This document shows positions 19,022 through 28,188 of a stretch of DNA of 64,000 nucleotides, piece by piece. Position numbers and translations under genes: made by a program. The DNA lies in contig JAJFUM010000373.1 of the NCBI GenBank assembly GCA_021372415.1, positions 902-64,901 of the forward strand, given 5' to 3'. The notes below the pieces were generated by a model that was not told the origin of the DNA, made no database searches, and saw only the letters and a program-made list of their open reading frames with translations. Origin of the DNA: Deltaproteobacteria bacterium. Lineage in GTDB: Bacteria; Desulfobacterota; Syntrophia; Syntrophales; UBA5619. The stretch's first letter is position 1. Each line of letters begins with the position of its first letter.

Positions 19022-20740
19022 ATGCCTGACGCGACTGCCGTTGCCGCGCTGAACCCCTCGGACCGCCTCCGGCGGATGCTCCGGGATCCGCTTCTACTGT
19101 CGATCCTGATCATCCTCTGGGCGCTCCTTTTGTTGTTCATCGTCTATCCGCTGGTCAGTCTCCTGGTCCGGACGTTCACCGACGACGGAAAGCTCTCCCT
19201 CGCCGGTGTCCTTTCGATCCTCGGCGATCCGCTCCAGCGCCAGGCCCTTTGGAACAGCCTGCTCCTGGGGGGCCTTGTTGGCCTCTGCGGGACGGTCCTG
19301 GGATTCCTCTTCGCCTTCACGGCCGTCCGGACGAACCTCACCAAAGGCTGGGTCCTCTTCCTCGACGCGGCGATCATCCTCCCCCTGATTTCGCCCCCCT
19401 TCACCACGGCCATCGCCATGATCTTCTCCTTCGGCCCCCGGGGATTGATCACCTACGACCTTTTGGGGATCTCGGGTTTTTCGATCTACGGCCTGCACAG
19501 CACGCTCTTTTCCGAGACGATCACTTTCTTCCCCATCGCCTACCTGACCCTCAAGGCGATCATCGCGGGGATCGACCCCACGGTCGAGGACATGGCCTTC
19601 AGCCTGGGGAGCTCCCGGTGGCGGGTCTTCAGGACGGTGACGCTCCCGCTCACGGTCCCGGGGATCGCGAATGCCTTTTTGCTCCTGTTCGCGGCCTCCC
19701 TCGCCGACTTCGCGACGCCGCTGATCCTCGCGGGGAACAGCTTCCCGGTCCTTCCGACCCAGGCCTACCTCCAGATCACGGGGCTCTTCGACCTCAAGGG
19801 CGGGGCGGTCCTCTCCTTCGTCCTTCTGGTCCCGGCTTTCGCGGTCTTTTTGCTCCAGCGCTTCTGGGTGGGCCGCAAGTACTACGTGACGATCACCGGC
19901 AAGGTGGGTGCCAAGACCGAGATCAAGAGCGTTCCGCCTTGGATGCGCCGAGTCCTGCTGGTTGTCTGCCTCCTGATCTCGGCCTCGATCCTCTACTTCT
20001 ACGTTCTTCTTTTCTACGCCTCGATCGTCAAGGCCTTCGGTGCCGACTTCACCATCACCTGGCGACACTACCACGTCGTCTTCTCCGAGGGGCTCCAGGC
20101 GATCCGCGACACGCTTATCATCGCGGGGATCGGGATGCCCCTTGGCGGGATCTACAGCGTCGTGGTGGGGTACCTGGTCTGCAAGAAGGAGTTCATCTCC
20201 CGCCAGACGATGGAGATCGTCTCAATGATCAACTACTCCCTGCCCGGGACCATCGTCGGGATCGCCTACCTTCTGGTCTTCAACGACCCGCCGATCTTGC
20301 TGACCGGGACGGCGATCATCATCATCGCCTGCTACGTCTTCCGCTACGGCCCGACGGGGATCCGTACGACCGTGGCAATCCTTCAGCAGATCGACCCTTC
20401 GATCGAGGAGGCCTCCTTCAGCCTGGGGGCGAGCTCCGGGACGACCTTCCGCAGAATCACGCTCCCGCTGATCCTCCCGGCCTTCTTCGCGGGGCTCGGC
20501 GTCGTCTTCATCCGGTCGATGACGGCGATCAGCGCCACGATCTTCCTCATCTCGATCAACTGGACCCTGATCACCGTCCGGATCCTGGAGAAGATGACCG
20601 AGCTCGAGCTCGGCGTGGCCGCGGCCTTCTCGATCCTCGTGGTGGTCATCGTCTTTGTCGTCATCGGGGCGATCAGCCTCTTTTTGCGGCTCTTCCGGCA
20701 GCCGGGGGCGCCGGAGATGTCCAACATCCTCGGAGGGTAA
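19022..20740 (+). CDS. ABC transporter permease, fused double-TMD (FbpB-like)
   Basis: 572 aa with two repeated 6-TM halves, each carrying an EAA-like loop (DMAFSLGSSRWRVFRTVTLP and EEASFSLGASSGTTFRRITLP). Confidence 0.85.
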   Translation: MPDATAVAALNPSDRLRRMLRDPLLLSILIILWALLLLFIVYPLVSLLVRTFTDDGKLSLAGVLSILGDPLQRQALWNSLLLGGLVGLCGTVLGFLFAFTAVRTNLTKGWVLFLDAAIILPLISPPFTTAIAMIFSFGPRGLITYDLLGISGFSIYGLHSTLFSETITFFPIAYLTLKAIIAGIDPTVEDMAFSLGSSRWRVFRTVTLPLTVPGIANAFLLLFAASLADFATPLILAGNSFPVLPTQAYLQITGLFDLKGGAVLSFVLLVPAFAVFLLQRFWVGRKYYVTITGKVGAKTEIKSVPPWMRRVLLVVCLLISASILYFYVLLFYASIVKAFGADFTITWRHYHVVFSEGLQAIRDTLIIAGIGMPLGGIYSVVVGYLVCKKEFISRQTMEIVSMINYSLPGTIVGIAYLLVFNDPPILLTGTAIIIIACYVFRYGPTGIRTTVAILQQIDPSIEEASFSLGASSGTTFRRITLPLILPAFFAGLGVVFIRSMTAISATIFLISINWTLITVRILEKMTELELGVAAAFSILVVVIVFVVIGAISLFLRLFRQPGAPEMSNILGG

Positions 20741-20746
20741 TCATCC

Positions 20747-21841
20747 ATGGAAGCAGTCCGCATCCGTTTAGAGAAGATCCAGAAGACCTTCATCCACCGG
20801 ATCAAGGGGGAGGTCACCGCGGTCGACAACGTGAGCCTCGATGTGGAGCCCGGTGAGTTCCTCACGCTCCTGGGCCCCTCGGGCTGCGGGAAGACGACGA
20901 CGCTCCGGATGATCGCGGGCTTCGAGCGCCCGGACCGGGGGCGGATCTTCATCGGCAGCGAGGATGTGACGGACCTGATGGCGAATCAGCGGAACATCGG
21001 CTTCGTCTTCCAGAACTACGCCCTTTTTCCGCACCTGTCCGTCTTCGAGAACGTGGCCTACGGCCTTAAGGTCCAGGGGAAGGAGGCAGCGGAGATCGAC
21101 CGTGAGGTCGCCCGCGTCCTGGAGCTCGTTGGCCTGGCCGGTTACGAGCGGCAGTTCCCCCACCAGCTCTCGGGCGGGGAGCAGCAGCGGGTGGCCCTGG
21201 CCCGGGCCGTGGTCATCGAGCCCCGGGTTCTGCTCTTCGACGAGCCCCTCTCCAACCTCGATGCCAAGCTCCGGGTCTACATGCGCAGTGAGATCCGCCG
21301 CCTCCAGAAGGCCCTGGCGATCACGGCGGTCTACGTGACCCACGATCAGGAGGAGGCGATGGCGATCTCGGACCATATCGCCGTTATGAACGAGGGGCGG
21401 ATCGTCCAGATCGGGACGGCCGAGGAGCTCTACATGAAGCCCCGGGAGGCCTTCGTGGCCCAGTTCATCGGACGGATCAACACCCTTCCGGCCGAGGTGC
21501 GCGAGTTCACGGACGGAACGGTGACGCTGGCCCTTCTGGGCCGGAGCTTCACGCTTTCCGCCCCTCCCGACGGCCTTGTCGCCGGGCAGAAGATCCAGGT
21601 CTTCATCCGTCCCGAGGCGGTGACGCTGACCCGCGAGATCGGCAGGGATCTCATCACCGGGGTCGTGGCCGAGCGGACCTTCCTGGGCGAGAAGGCGGAC
21701 TACCTCCTGGAAATGGGGGAAGGCCGACTTTCGGCGACGGCCTACGATCCCCTGCGCCACGGGACCTTTTCCGTCGGGGAGAAGGTGGGCGTCGGGATCG
21801 ACCCCGGCGTCATCCATATCCTGAAAGAAGGGGGAAGGTAA
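20747..21841 (+). CDS. ABC transporter ATP-binding protein (FbpC/PotA-like)
   Basis: Walker [10 protein letters not shown], signature [14 protein letters not shown], Walker [13 protein letters not shown]-terminal TOBE-like domain. Confidence 0.9.
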   Translation: MEAVRIRLEKIQKTFIHRIKGEVTAVDNVSLDVEPGEFLTLLGPSGCGKTTTLRMIAGFERPDRGRIFIGSEDVTDLMANQRNIGFVFQNYALFPHLSVFENVAYGLKVQGKEAAEIDREVARVLELVGLAGYERQFPHQLSGGEQQRVALARAVVIEPRVLLFDEPLSNLDAKLRVYMRSEIRRLQKALAITAVYVTHDQEEAMAISDHIAVMNEGRIVQIGTAEELYMKPREAFVAQFIGRINTLPAEVREFTDGTVTLALLGRSFTLSAPPDGLVAGQKIQVFIRPEAVTLTREIGRDLITGVVAERTFLGEKADYLLEMGEGRLSATAYDPLRHGTFSVGEKVGVGIDPGVIHILKEGGR

Positions 21842-22089
21842 AGGGATCGGAAACGTAAACCTCTGCGGCCTGGATATTTTTCGACCCAGCATCCCCTCGC
21901 TACGCTGCCGGGAAAAAACTCGCGCCTTCGGCGCTCAGACAGTTTTCGCGGCGGCCGCTCCGTTCAAGGGGGCAGGGGGCCCCGAAAAATCTCCAATGCG
22001 CGCTTCCGGGTTACGATCCGATCCTTGGAAGAGAGGGCATTTAGAGCCGGCGCCTTACTGTTCGGCGAAGGAAGGATTTTAGGAGAAGA

Positions 22090-22614
22090 ATGGTCATGAG
22101 GAGGCGATTCGGGGTATTTGGGGAAGGGATGGCATGGACCGCGGCGGGGCTGGTCCTGCTCCTGGTCCTGATGGCGGTAAGGCCGTCCTTCGCGGCGCAG
22201 GAGATCCACGGGGCCGATTCGTCCTTCCGGGCCCAGGGGATCACGATTCTCTGGGCGATCCTGAAGGGACCCACCGAGGAGGATTCCTTTGTCTACATCC
22301 GGATCCTCCACGACCAGACAGCGGCACCGAAGCTCAACTTTTTGGGCGTCGAGGCGGTCGATCCCTTCTCGAAGGAACGGGAGTGGGTGGTCAAGGCGCC
22401 CCTCTGGGGGAAGCAGACCCTGAAGATCGTCCGGACCGATTTCCGGGACAAGACGGAGCGGTGGCTCCACTTCTACACGGACCAGGCGGCCCTTGAGAGG
22501 CACCAGCCGGCGCTGACGATCTTCTACCACGGTGTCCCGGACACCGCCCCCGAGCTCCTGACCGAGGCGGATCTGGAGGCCTACCTGGCCGAAGCCCCTG
22601 CGCGGATCCGGTAG
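22090..22614 (+). CDS. exported hypothetical protein
   Basis: AGGAGAAG RBS and signal peptide (LVLLLVLMAVRPSFAAQE). No motif I recognise. Sits 46 nt upstream of the MTHFR fusion gene. Confidence 0.6.
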   Translation: MVMRRRFGVFGEGMAWTAAGLVLLLVLMAVRPSFAAQEIHGADSSFRAQGITILWAILKGPTEEDSFVYIRILHDQTAAPKLNFLGVEAVDPFSKEREWVVKAPLWGKQTLKIVRTDFRDKTERWLHFYTDQAALERHQPALTIFYHGVPDTAPELLTEADLEAYLAEAPARIR

Positions 22615-22663
22615 CGCGGATTGATGGGGGGAAGGACCCGGGAACCATGGGGAGGGTGTCTTG

Positions 22664-24508
22664 ATGACTGAAAGATTGTCCCAACTGGGCAAACAGATTC
22701 TCGTCGGGAGCGGCGCAATGGGGACCGTCCTGCGCCGGGGCGAGGAGCTCGCGGGCATGCCGGTGGAGCTCCTGAACATCCGGCGGCCCGAGGCGGTCCT
22801 GGCCCTCCACGAGGCCTACCGCAACGCCGGTTCCCGGGTCCTCGTTACGAACACCTTCGCCGCCAACCGGCTCCTCCTGGAGGAGGCCGGGGCAGCCGAC
22901 CGGTGCCGGGAGATCAACGAGGCGGGGGTCGCCCTCGCCCGCCGGGCCGCCGGCGAGGCCTGTTTCGTCTGGGCCTCTGTCGGGCCCCTCTCCTTGGGTC
23001 TTCGCCACGAAGACTACCCCGAGGCTGAGCTCGCCGCGATCTACAGCGAGCAGTGCAGGGCCCTGGCCGGGGCCGACGCCCTGGTCCTGGAGACCTTCTT
23101 CGACCCCCGGGAGGCCCGGGTCGCCCTCAAGGCCGCCACGGCCACGGGGCTCCCAGTCGTCTTCCAGGTCGGCCATACGGGGCGCGGCAGGAACCGCTGG
23201 GTCACGATCGACGTCCTTCTGGCCGAGGCCGAGGCGGCCGGTGCGACGGCGGTGGGGACCAACTGCCAGCATCCCAATGACATCGTGGACGTGGCCGCCT
23301 ACCTCCTCTCGCGGACGCGCCTTCCGGTGACGGCCTCGCCCAACGCCGGGAACCCCACGATCGACCGCGGTCTGGTCCGTTACGAATTCACGCCCGAGGC
23401 CTTTGCTGCCGTCGCGGCCCGCCTGGCAGACCTGGGCGTGTCGGTCATCGGCGGCTGCTGCGGGACGGACCCGGGCCACATCCGGGAGATCACCCCGCTC
23501 CTGGCCGGACGCCCCGTCGGGACCTCGGCCCGGATCGAGGTCCGTGAGGCCGCCGAGGAGGCCCGGCCCGAGCGCGCCGCTGTGCGGAACCCTGTCCGGG
23601 AGATGATGCGCTCCGACTGGTTCCTGATCAGTGTGGAAATCCGCGCCGACCGGAACGCCTCCCTGGATACCCTCTGCCTGAACGCCGAGAAGATAGCCCG
23701 CGCGGGCGTGGATCTCTTCGACGTCCCGGACAACCCCGGGGCGACCGTCGGACGGGACGCCACGGTCACGGCGGCCCGGCTCCAGGAGGTCCTCCGGGTC
23801 CCCTCGATCGCCCACAAGGCCGTGACCCAGTCCAACCTCCTCCAGCTCCACTCGGGCTTGCTGGGGGCCTGGGACCTGGGCCTCAAGGGGATCCTGGCGG
23901 TGACGGGCGATCCGCCCTCCATGGGGCCCCTGGGGACCCTGGCCCAGCGCGTCACGGACCTCAAGAGCTCCGTGGAGCTCCTGCGCCTCCTCCGCAAACT
24001 CCGGGAGGGGGAGATGATCAACGGCGATCGGATCGCCGACCCGCCGGACTTCTGCGCCGGGACCACGATCGGCTGGCCCGCCCCGGCCCAGATCGCCTGG
24101 CTCCAAAAAAAGGTCGAGGCCGGGGCCGAGTTCGTATTCTCCCAGCCGGTCTTTGCGGCCGAGGACTTCCGGCGCCTCCAGGACGGGGCCGGCTCCCTGG
24201 GCGTCCGGCTCTTTCCGGGGCTCCTGCCGCTGACGAGCCGCCGGAACGCCGAGTTTTTCGCCAGCGGCCGGATCCCAGGAATCCGGGTCCCCGAGACAGT
24301 TGTGGCGGCCTTTGCCCGCTTCGAGTCCGCCGAGGACCAGCGGCAGGCCGGCCTGGAGATGGCCATGAAGCTGGCGGAGGCCATGGCCGCCGAGGCCCGG
24401 GGGGTCTACCTGATCATGCCCTTCGGCCGAGCCTCCCACGAGGACACGACCCGGATCGTCCGCCACTTCCGCACGATCCGTCAGGCCCCGAACGGGAAGG
24501 CATCGTGA
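22664..24508 (+). CDS. bifunctional homocysteine S-methyltransferase-domain / 5,10-methylenetetrahydrofolate reductase (YitJ-type fusion)
   Basis: N-terminal Hcy-binding domain (zinc-site GGCCGT, NTFAAN). C-terminal MTHFR domain (ISVEIRAD, DLFDVPDN, GILAVTGDPP). GGGGAGGG RBS. The ORF track start 22661 is TTG; ATG is at 22664. Confidence 0.85.
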   Translation: MTERLSQLGKQILVGSGAMGTVLRRGEELAGMPVELLNIRRPEAVLALHEAYRNAGSRVLVTNTFAANRLLLEEAGAADRCREINEAGVALARRAAGEACFVWASVGPLSLGLRHEDYPEAELAAIYSEQCRALAGADALVLETFFDPREARVALKAATATGLPVVFQVGHTGRGRNRWVTIDVLLAEAEAAGATAVGTNCQHPNDIVDVAAYLLSRTRLPVTASPNAGNPTIDRGLVRYEFTPEAFAAVAARLADLGVSVIGGCCGTDPGHIREITPLLAGRPVGTSARIEVREAAEEARPERAAVRNPVREMMRSDWFLISVEIRADRNASLDTLCLNAEKIARAGVDLFDVPDNPGATVGRDATVTAARLQEVLRVPSIAHKAVTQSNLLQLHSGLLGAWDLGLKGILAVTGDPPSMGPLGTLAQRVTDLKSSVELLRLLRKLREGEMINGDRIADPPDFCAGTTIGWPAPAQIAWLQKKVEAGAEFVFSQPVFAAEDFRRLQDGAGSLGVRLFPGLLPLTSRRNAEFFASGRIPGIRVPETVVAAFARFESAEDQRQAGLEMAMKLAEAMAAEARGVYLIMPFGRASHEDTTRIVRHFRTIRQAPNGKAS

Positions 24509-24580
24509 TCCTGCCATCGGGACGGGGCACAGGATGTAAGGTTTTGATATGAAGATGTTTATGCTCGGAAGGAGGTCCCT

Positions 24581-25249
24581 ATGAAGATCACGAGGGAACA
24601 GCTTGCGGGGATGATCGACCACTCCCTGCTCAGGCCCCAGTCCACGCGGGCGGAGCTGAAGAGTCTCTGCATGGAGGCCATCGCCTACGGATTCAAGGCG
24701 GTCTGCGTCAATCCCGTCCACGTGCCCGAGGCCGCGAAGATGCTCAAGGACGAGGCGCCCCTGGTCTGTTCCGTGGTGGGCTTTCCCTTCGGGACCCACA
24801 CCCCGGCAGCCAAGGCCGCCGAGACGGCCGAGGTGGTCCGCCTGGGAGCGGCCGAGCTGGACATGGTCCTGCGCATCGGCGCCTTGAAGGACGGACGCGA
24901 GGCCGAGGTGGAGGAGGACGTCGCCGCGGTGGTCAAGGCCGCCGGGGGCCGGCCCGTCAAGGTGATCATCGAGGCCTGCTACCTGACCGACCAGGAGAAG
25001 GCCCGGGCCTGCATTCTGGCCGTCAAGGCCGGAGCGGCCTTCGTGAAGACTTCCACGGGCTACGGGAGCGCCGGGGCCACTTCCGCCGACGTCCGGCTCA
25101 TGCGCGGGACCGTGGGCGAGGGAATCGGCGTCAAGGCAGCGGGCGGCATCCGGACCCTGGCCGACGCCCTGGCCATGATCGAGGCCGGGGCGAGCCGGAT
25201 CGGCGCCAGCGCCTCGGTGGCGATCCTGAACCAGCTCGACGAGCAGTGA
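24581..25249 (+). CDS. deoC: deoxyribose-phosphate aldolase
   Basis: GGAGG RBS. IDHSLLRP, VCVNP, Schiff-base lysine in FVKTSTGY, GVKAAGGIR. Confidence 0.9.
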   Translation: MKITREQLAGMIDHSLLRPQSTRAELKSLCMEAIAYGFKAVCVNPVHVPEAAKMLKDEAPLVCSVVGFPFGTHTPAAKAAETAEVVRLGAAELDMVLRIGALKDGREAEVEEDVAAVVKAAGGRPVKVIIEACYLTDQEKARACILAVKAGAAFVKTSTGYGSAGATSADVRLMRGTVGEGIGVKAAGGIRTLADALAMIEAGASRIGASASVAILNQLDEQ

Positions 25250-25251
25250 GC

Positions 25252-25272
25252 GCCTGAATCGATCAGGCTTTT
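25252..25272 (+). terminator. short hairpin plus T-run after deoC
   Basis: GCCTGA-ATCGA-TCAGGC followed by TTTTCT. The stem is only 6 bp. Confidence 0.4.
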
Positions 25273-25352
25273 CTCAGATATTTCTGCCCATCATGGCGCA
25301 AAATGGGCCATGAATTGACTGCGGGTTCCGCAGGGGTTCATCAAGGAGCGCC

Positions 25353-26978
25353 ATGTTGACAGCCTTCTACCGCTGGATAGACGATAACGTCCTCGAACTG
25401 GGGCGGGAGATGCGGCTCTCCTTCCTTCCCCCGCTCATGGTCTACATGGCCGCCGGGGTCTCGGGACTGACCGGCATCGTCGGCACCTTCTTCGTCAAGG
25501 AATACCTGGGCCTGCCTGCCTCGTTTCTGGCCGCCCTCGGTTTTTGGGCCGGGATCCCCTGGGCGCTGAAGATGCCGCTCGGCCACCTGGTGGATCTCCT
25601 CTGGCGCTGGAAGAATGGATTGATCTACCTGGGTGCCGGCCTGATTGCCGCGAGTCTGCTCATCATGGTCGGGCTCTTGAGCGATCGTGCCGCCATGGCC
25701 GCGATCATGCCGGCCGAGGCCTGGTTCGTGCTTTCGACGCTGCTGGCTCCGGTCGGTTACGTGACCCAGGATGCGGTCGCCGACGCGATGACCGTCGAGG
25801 CGGTGCCGCGCGTCGACGAGACAGGGGCCCCCATAAACCCAGCGACCCGCAAGCTCATGAACACGACCATGCAGACCCTCGGCCGCGTCGCGATCATCGG
25901 CGGCAGCGTCCTGGTCGCGGTCATCAACCTCTACCTCTTTGCCGGCTTGCACCGGCTGCCGCCGGTTGAGATCGCGCTCATCTACCGCAACGTCTACCTC
26001 ATGGCGCTTGCGATCCCGCTGATCTCGGTGCTGGGCGTTCTGAGCGCCATACTCATCAGGCAGCGGGACGCCCGCCGCCTGCTGCGCCGGGGCTACACCC
26101 GCGGTCAGGTCGAGGCGATGCTCAGCCGCCGCGACGAGCCCACGCCGGTCAATTGGTGGATCCTGGGAGGCAGCCTCCTGTTCGTGGCCTTTACGTTGTC
26201 GGTCGGCCTCGGGGGGATGCGCTACAGCGAGGAGATCGTCTTTGTCGGGTCGATGGCGATCGTCGCCTTTTTGATCGTCAAACTCACACGTGCCCTGGAG
26301 CCCGAGGCGCGCGCGACCCTGGTCGGCACGGCGATCGTGATTTTCCTGTTCCGCGCCACCCCCGGGCCTGGCGCGGGCCTGACCTGGTGGATGATCGACG
26401 AGCTCGGCTTCGACCAGCAGTTCCTCTCGGTGCTCTCGCTCATCGGCAGCGTGCTGACGCTGGCCGGCATGTTCCTGTTCCGCCGTTTCATGGGGGAGCG
26501 GTCGATCGCCTATGTCGTCGGCTTCCTCACCCTGGCGGGCTTCGTCCTTGCCCTGCCGATCGTCGGCCTATACTACGGTCTCCACCACTGGACCGCGGCG
26601 ATGACCGGCGGGTGGGTGGATGCGCGCACCATCGTGATCGTGGATACCACGCTCGAGTCGCCGCTCGGCCAGATCGCGATGATCCCGATGCTGGCCTGGA
26701 TCGCCAACTCCGCGCCCGCCAACCTCAAGGCGACTTATTTCGCGGTGATGGCGTCGTTCGTCAATCTGGCGCTGTCGGCTAGCCAGCTCGGCACCAAGTA
26801 CCTGAACGAGGTCTTCATCGTTACCCGCGAAGTCAAGGACATGGCGACCGGCCTGCTCAAGGTCCCGGCCGACTACAGCCAGCTCGGCGACCTGCTCGTC
26901 GTTCAGGTTGCGCTCGGCCTCGCACTCCCTTTCGCGGCGATTCTTTTGGTCCGCTGGGTCCGCTTGCGCAGCGCTTGA
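25353..26978 (+). CDS. BT1 (folate-biopterin transporter)-like MFS-type membrane transporter
   Basis: 541 aa with about 12 TM helices. The N-terminal pattern FLPPLMVYMAAGVSGL...FFVKEYLGL...WALKMPLGHLVD resembles the BT1 family from memory. Confidence 0.6.
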   Translation: MLTAFYRWIDDNVLELGREMRLSFLPPLMVYMAAGVSGLTGIVGTFFVKEYLGLPASFLAALGFWAGIPWALKMPLGHLVDLLWRWKNGLIYLGAGLIAASLLIMVGLLSDRAAMAAIMPAEAWFVLSTLLAPVGYVTQDAVADAMTVEAVPRVDETGAPINPATRKLMNTTMQTLGRVAIIGGSVLVAVINLYLFAGLHRLPPVEIALIYRNVYLMALAIPLISVLGVLSAILIRQRDARRLLRRGYTRGQVEAMLSRRDEPTPVNWWILGGSLLFVAFTLSVGLGGMRYSEEIVFVGSMAIVAFLIVKLTRALEPEARATLVGTAIVIFLFRATPGPGAGLTWWMIDELGFDQQFLSVLSLIGSVLTLAGMFLFRRFMGERSIAYVVGFLTLAGFVLALPIVGLYYGLHHWTAAMTGGWVDARTIVIVDTTLESPLGQIAMIPMLAWIANSAPANLKATYFAVMASFVNLALSASQLGTKYLNEVFIVTREVKDMATGLLKVPADYSQLGDLLVVQVALGLALPFAAILLVRWVRLRSA

Positions 26979-27172
26979 TAAGGGGAAGTTGTGGTCGTTT
27001 ACTGATGCTGCCGGGCGAAGGGTATCGACTCAATCCAGTTGTCACACATGATCGCCCGGGATCTCGGGAATTGCGGATCATGCCAACAAAGTTGGCAGTC
27101 CTGCGTATGGTGTTGGCGGGAGGGAGAAGAAGAAAAGGCTTGAAAGCGGCTAGAAATCTCGATATCTGCACC

Positions 27173-27188
27173 TGGCATCCGTCATGCA
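27173..27188 (+). promoter_or_regulatory. sigma54-type promoter TGGCAT-N5-ATGCA
   Basis: GG and GC dinucleotides at the canonical -24/-12 spacing, 39 nt upstream of ATG 27227. Confidence 0.5.
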
Positions 27189-27226
27189 AACAATAAGTCT
27201 AAAAAGCCCTTAAGGAGAAAGACCAC

Positions 27227-27652
27227 ATGAACCGTCTTCAGAAAGCCGCCGCCGTGACCGCTGGATCTCTTATCCTGATGGCCCTCAGCGCCCTCCCCTC
27301 GATGGCCTGGCAGGTCAAGATCGAGAACAGCACGGAATGGGACTTGAGCCCCACCTTTTTTGCCCGCACGACCGATTACACGAATCAGCAGTATTTCAAA
27401 ATGACCAAGATCGCGTCAGGGGGTACCGGGCAGGCCGAAACCGGCGCTCTTTGTCCCTGCTTTGCCTACGGAAAGGTGGAAGAGTGGTACCGATCCGGCA
27501 TGAGGAGGTGCATGAGGGAGGTGGATGTCAAAAGTGCCTGCGCGGACCCCGCCCAGGGCAGCCAATGCAGCCCCGTCTGTGCGAATATCACGTGGAAAGC
27601 CGAAAAACGCAGCGACGGGAAATTCTACTACGTCGTGGTTCCTTCGAATTAG
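27227..27652 (+). CDS. secreted cysteine-rich hypothetical protein
   Basis: AAGGAGAAAG RBS and signal peptide (LILMALSALPSMAWQ). Six Cys in the mature part (LCPCF, RRCM, SACAD, SQCSPVCAN). No recognisable family. Confidence 0.6.
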   Translation: MNRLQKAAAVTAGSLILMALSALPSMAWQVKIENSTEWDLSPTFFARTTDYTNQQYFKMTKIASGGTGQAETGALCPCFAYGKVEEWYRSGMRRCMREVDVKSACADPAQGSQCSPVCANITWKAEKRSDGKFYYVVVPSN

Positions 27653-27796
27653 CTCCCCGCAGGATGGCCGCGGTATTTAAACGACGCCACAAGGGTGGAC
27701 ACAGCGCCGTTCTCATGGGATACGTGCTCGGCGGGGTTGGAAAGGCGGGGCGTCGAGAGGGAACCGGGGGTACGGCTGCGTGGTGCCAGAATCGCA

Positions 27797-27825
27797 TTGA
27801 CAGGGAGCATCGTTTTTCCTATCCT
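27797..27825 (+). promoter_or_regulatory. sigma70-like promoter TTGACA-N17-TATCCT
   Basis: Consensus -35 box with exact 17-nt spacer, about 55 nt upstream of the small ORF start. Confidence 0.45.
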
Positions 27826-27879
27826 GTAATCCATCAATGAGGACGCCGATGGATCGGGTCGGCTGAAGGAATGGGAAAG

Positions 27880-28104
27880 ATGGATGAAAAGGGTATGATT
27901 GCAAAAGCAAAGGTCTACCTCAAACAGGAGTACGGAGAGGATACCGTCTCCATGGATGTGACAGGCAACACGGTCGGGGAGACGGGAACCGGCGTCCTGT
28001 CGGTGGACTGCACAGTCAGCGTGGGGGGGAGCCGCTCCGACTGGAGCAAGAAGTTCCACTTCAGAAACGGGGACATCACCCGGATGGACTGGAAGAGCCG
28101 CTAG
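27880..28104 (+). CDS. small hypothetical protein (74 aa)
   Basis: ORF has its own promoter-like element and a GAAGGA RBS 10 nt before ATG 27880 (the ORF opens at 27871). Composition is protein-like, with no recognisable motif. Confidence 0.4.
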   Translation: MDEKGMIAKAKVYLKQEYGEDTVSMDVTGNTVGETGTGVLSVDCTVSVGGSRSDWSKKFHFRNGDITRMDWKSR

Positions 28105-28188
28105 GCGCCGCCGCGGGCAGGATGGATCCACATTCCTCCGGGAAGGGGCTTCCCGGGGGAATATTTTTTTGGAGAAAGCCGGGGGTCG

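Noticed and set aside
21842-22089. Possible SAM or other riboswitch upstream of the exported-protein / MTHFR operon.
   Set aside because: I could not find the conserved SAM-I/II core sequences. Only a small GCGCC-TTC-GGCGC hairpin is present. This needs an Rfam scan to settle.
27781-27796. Second sigma54-like string TGGTGCCAGAATCGCA upstream of the 74-aa ORF.
   Set aside because: It has three mismatches in the conserved positions. An overlapping TTGACA-N17-TATCCT sigma70 promoter explains the region better.
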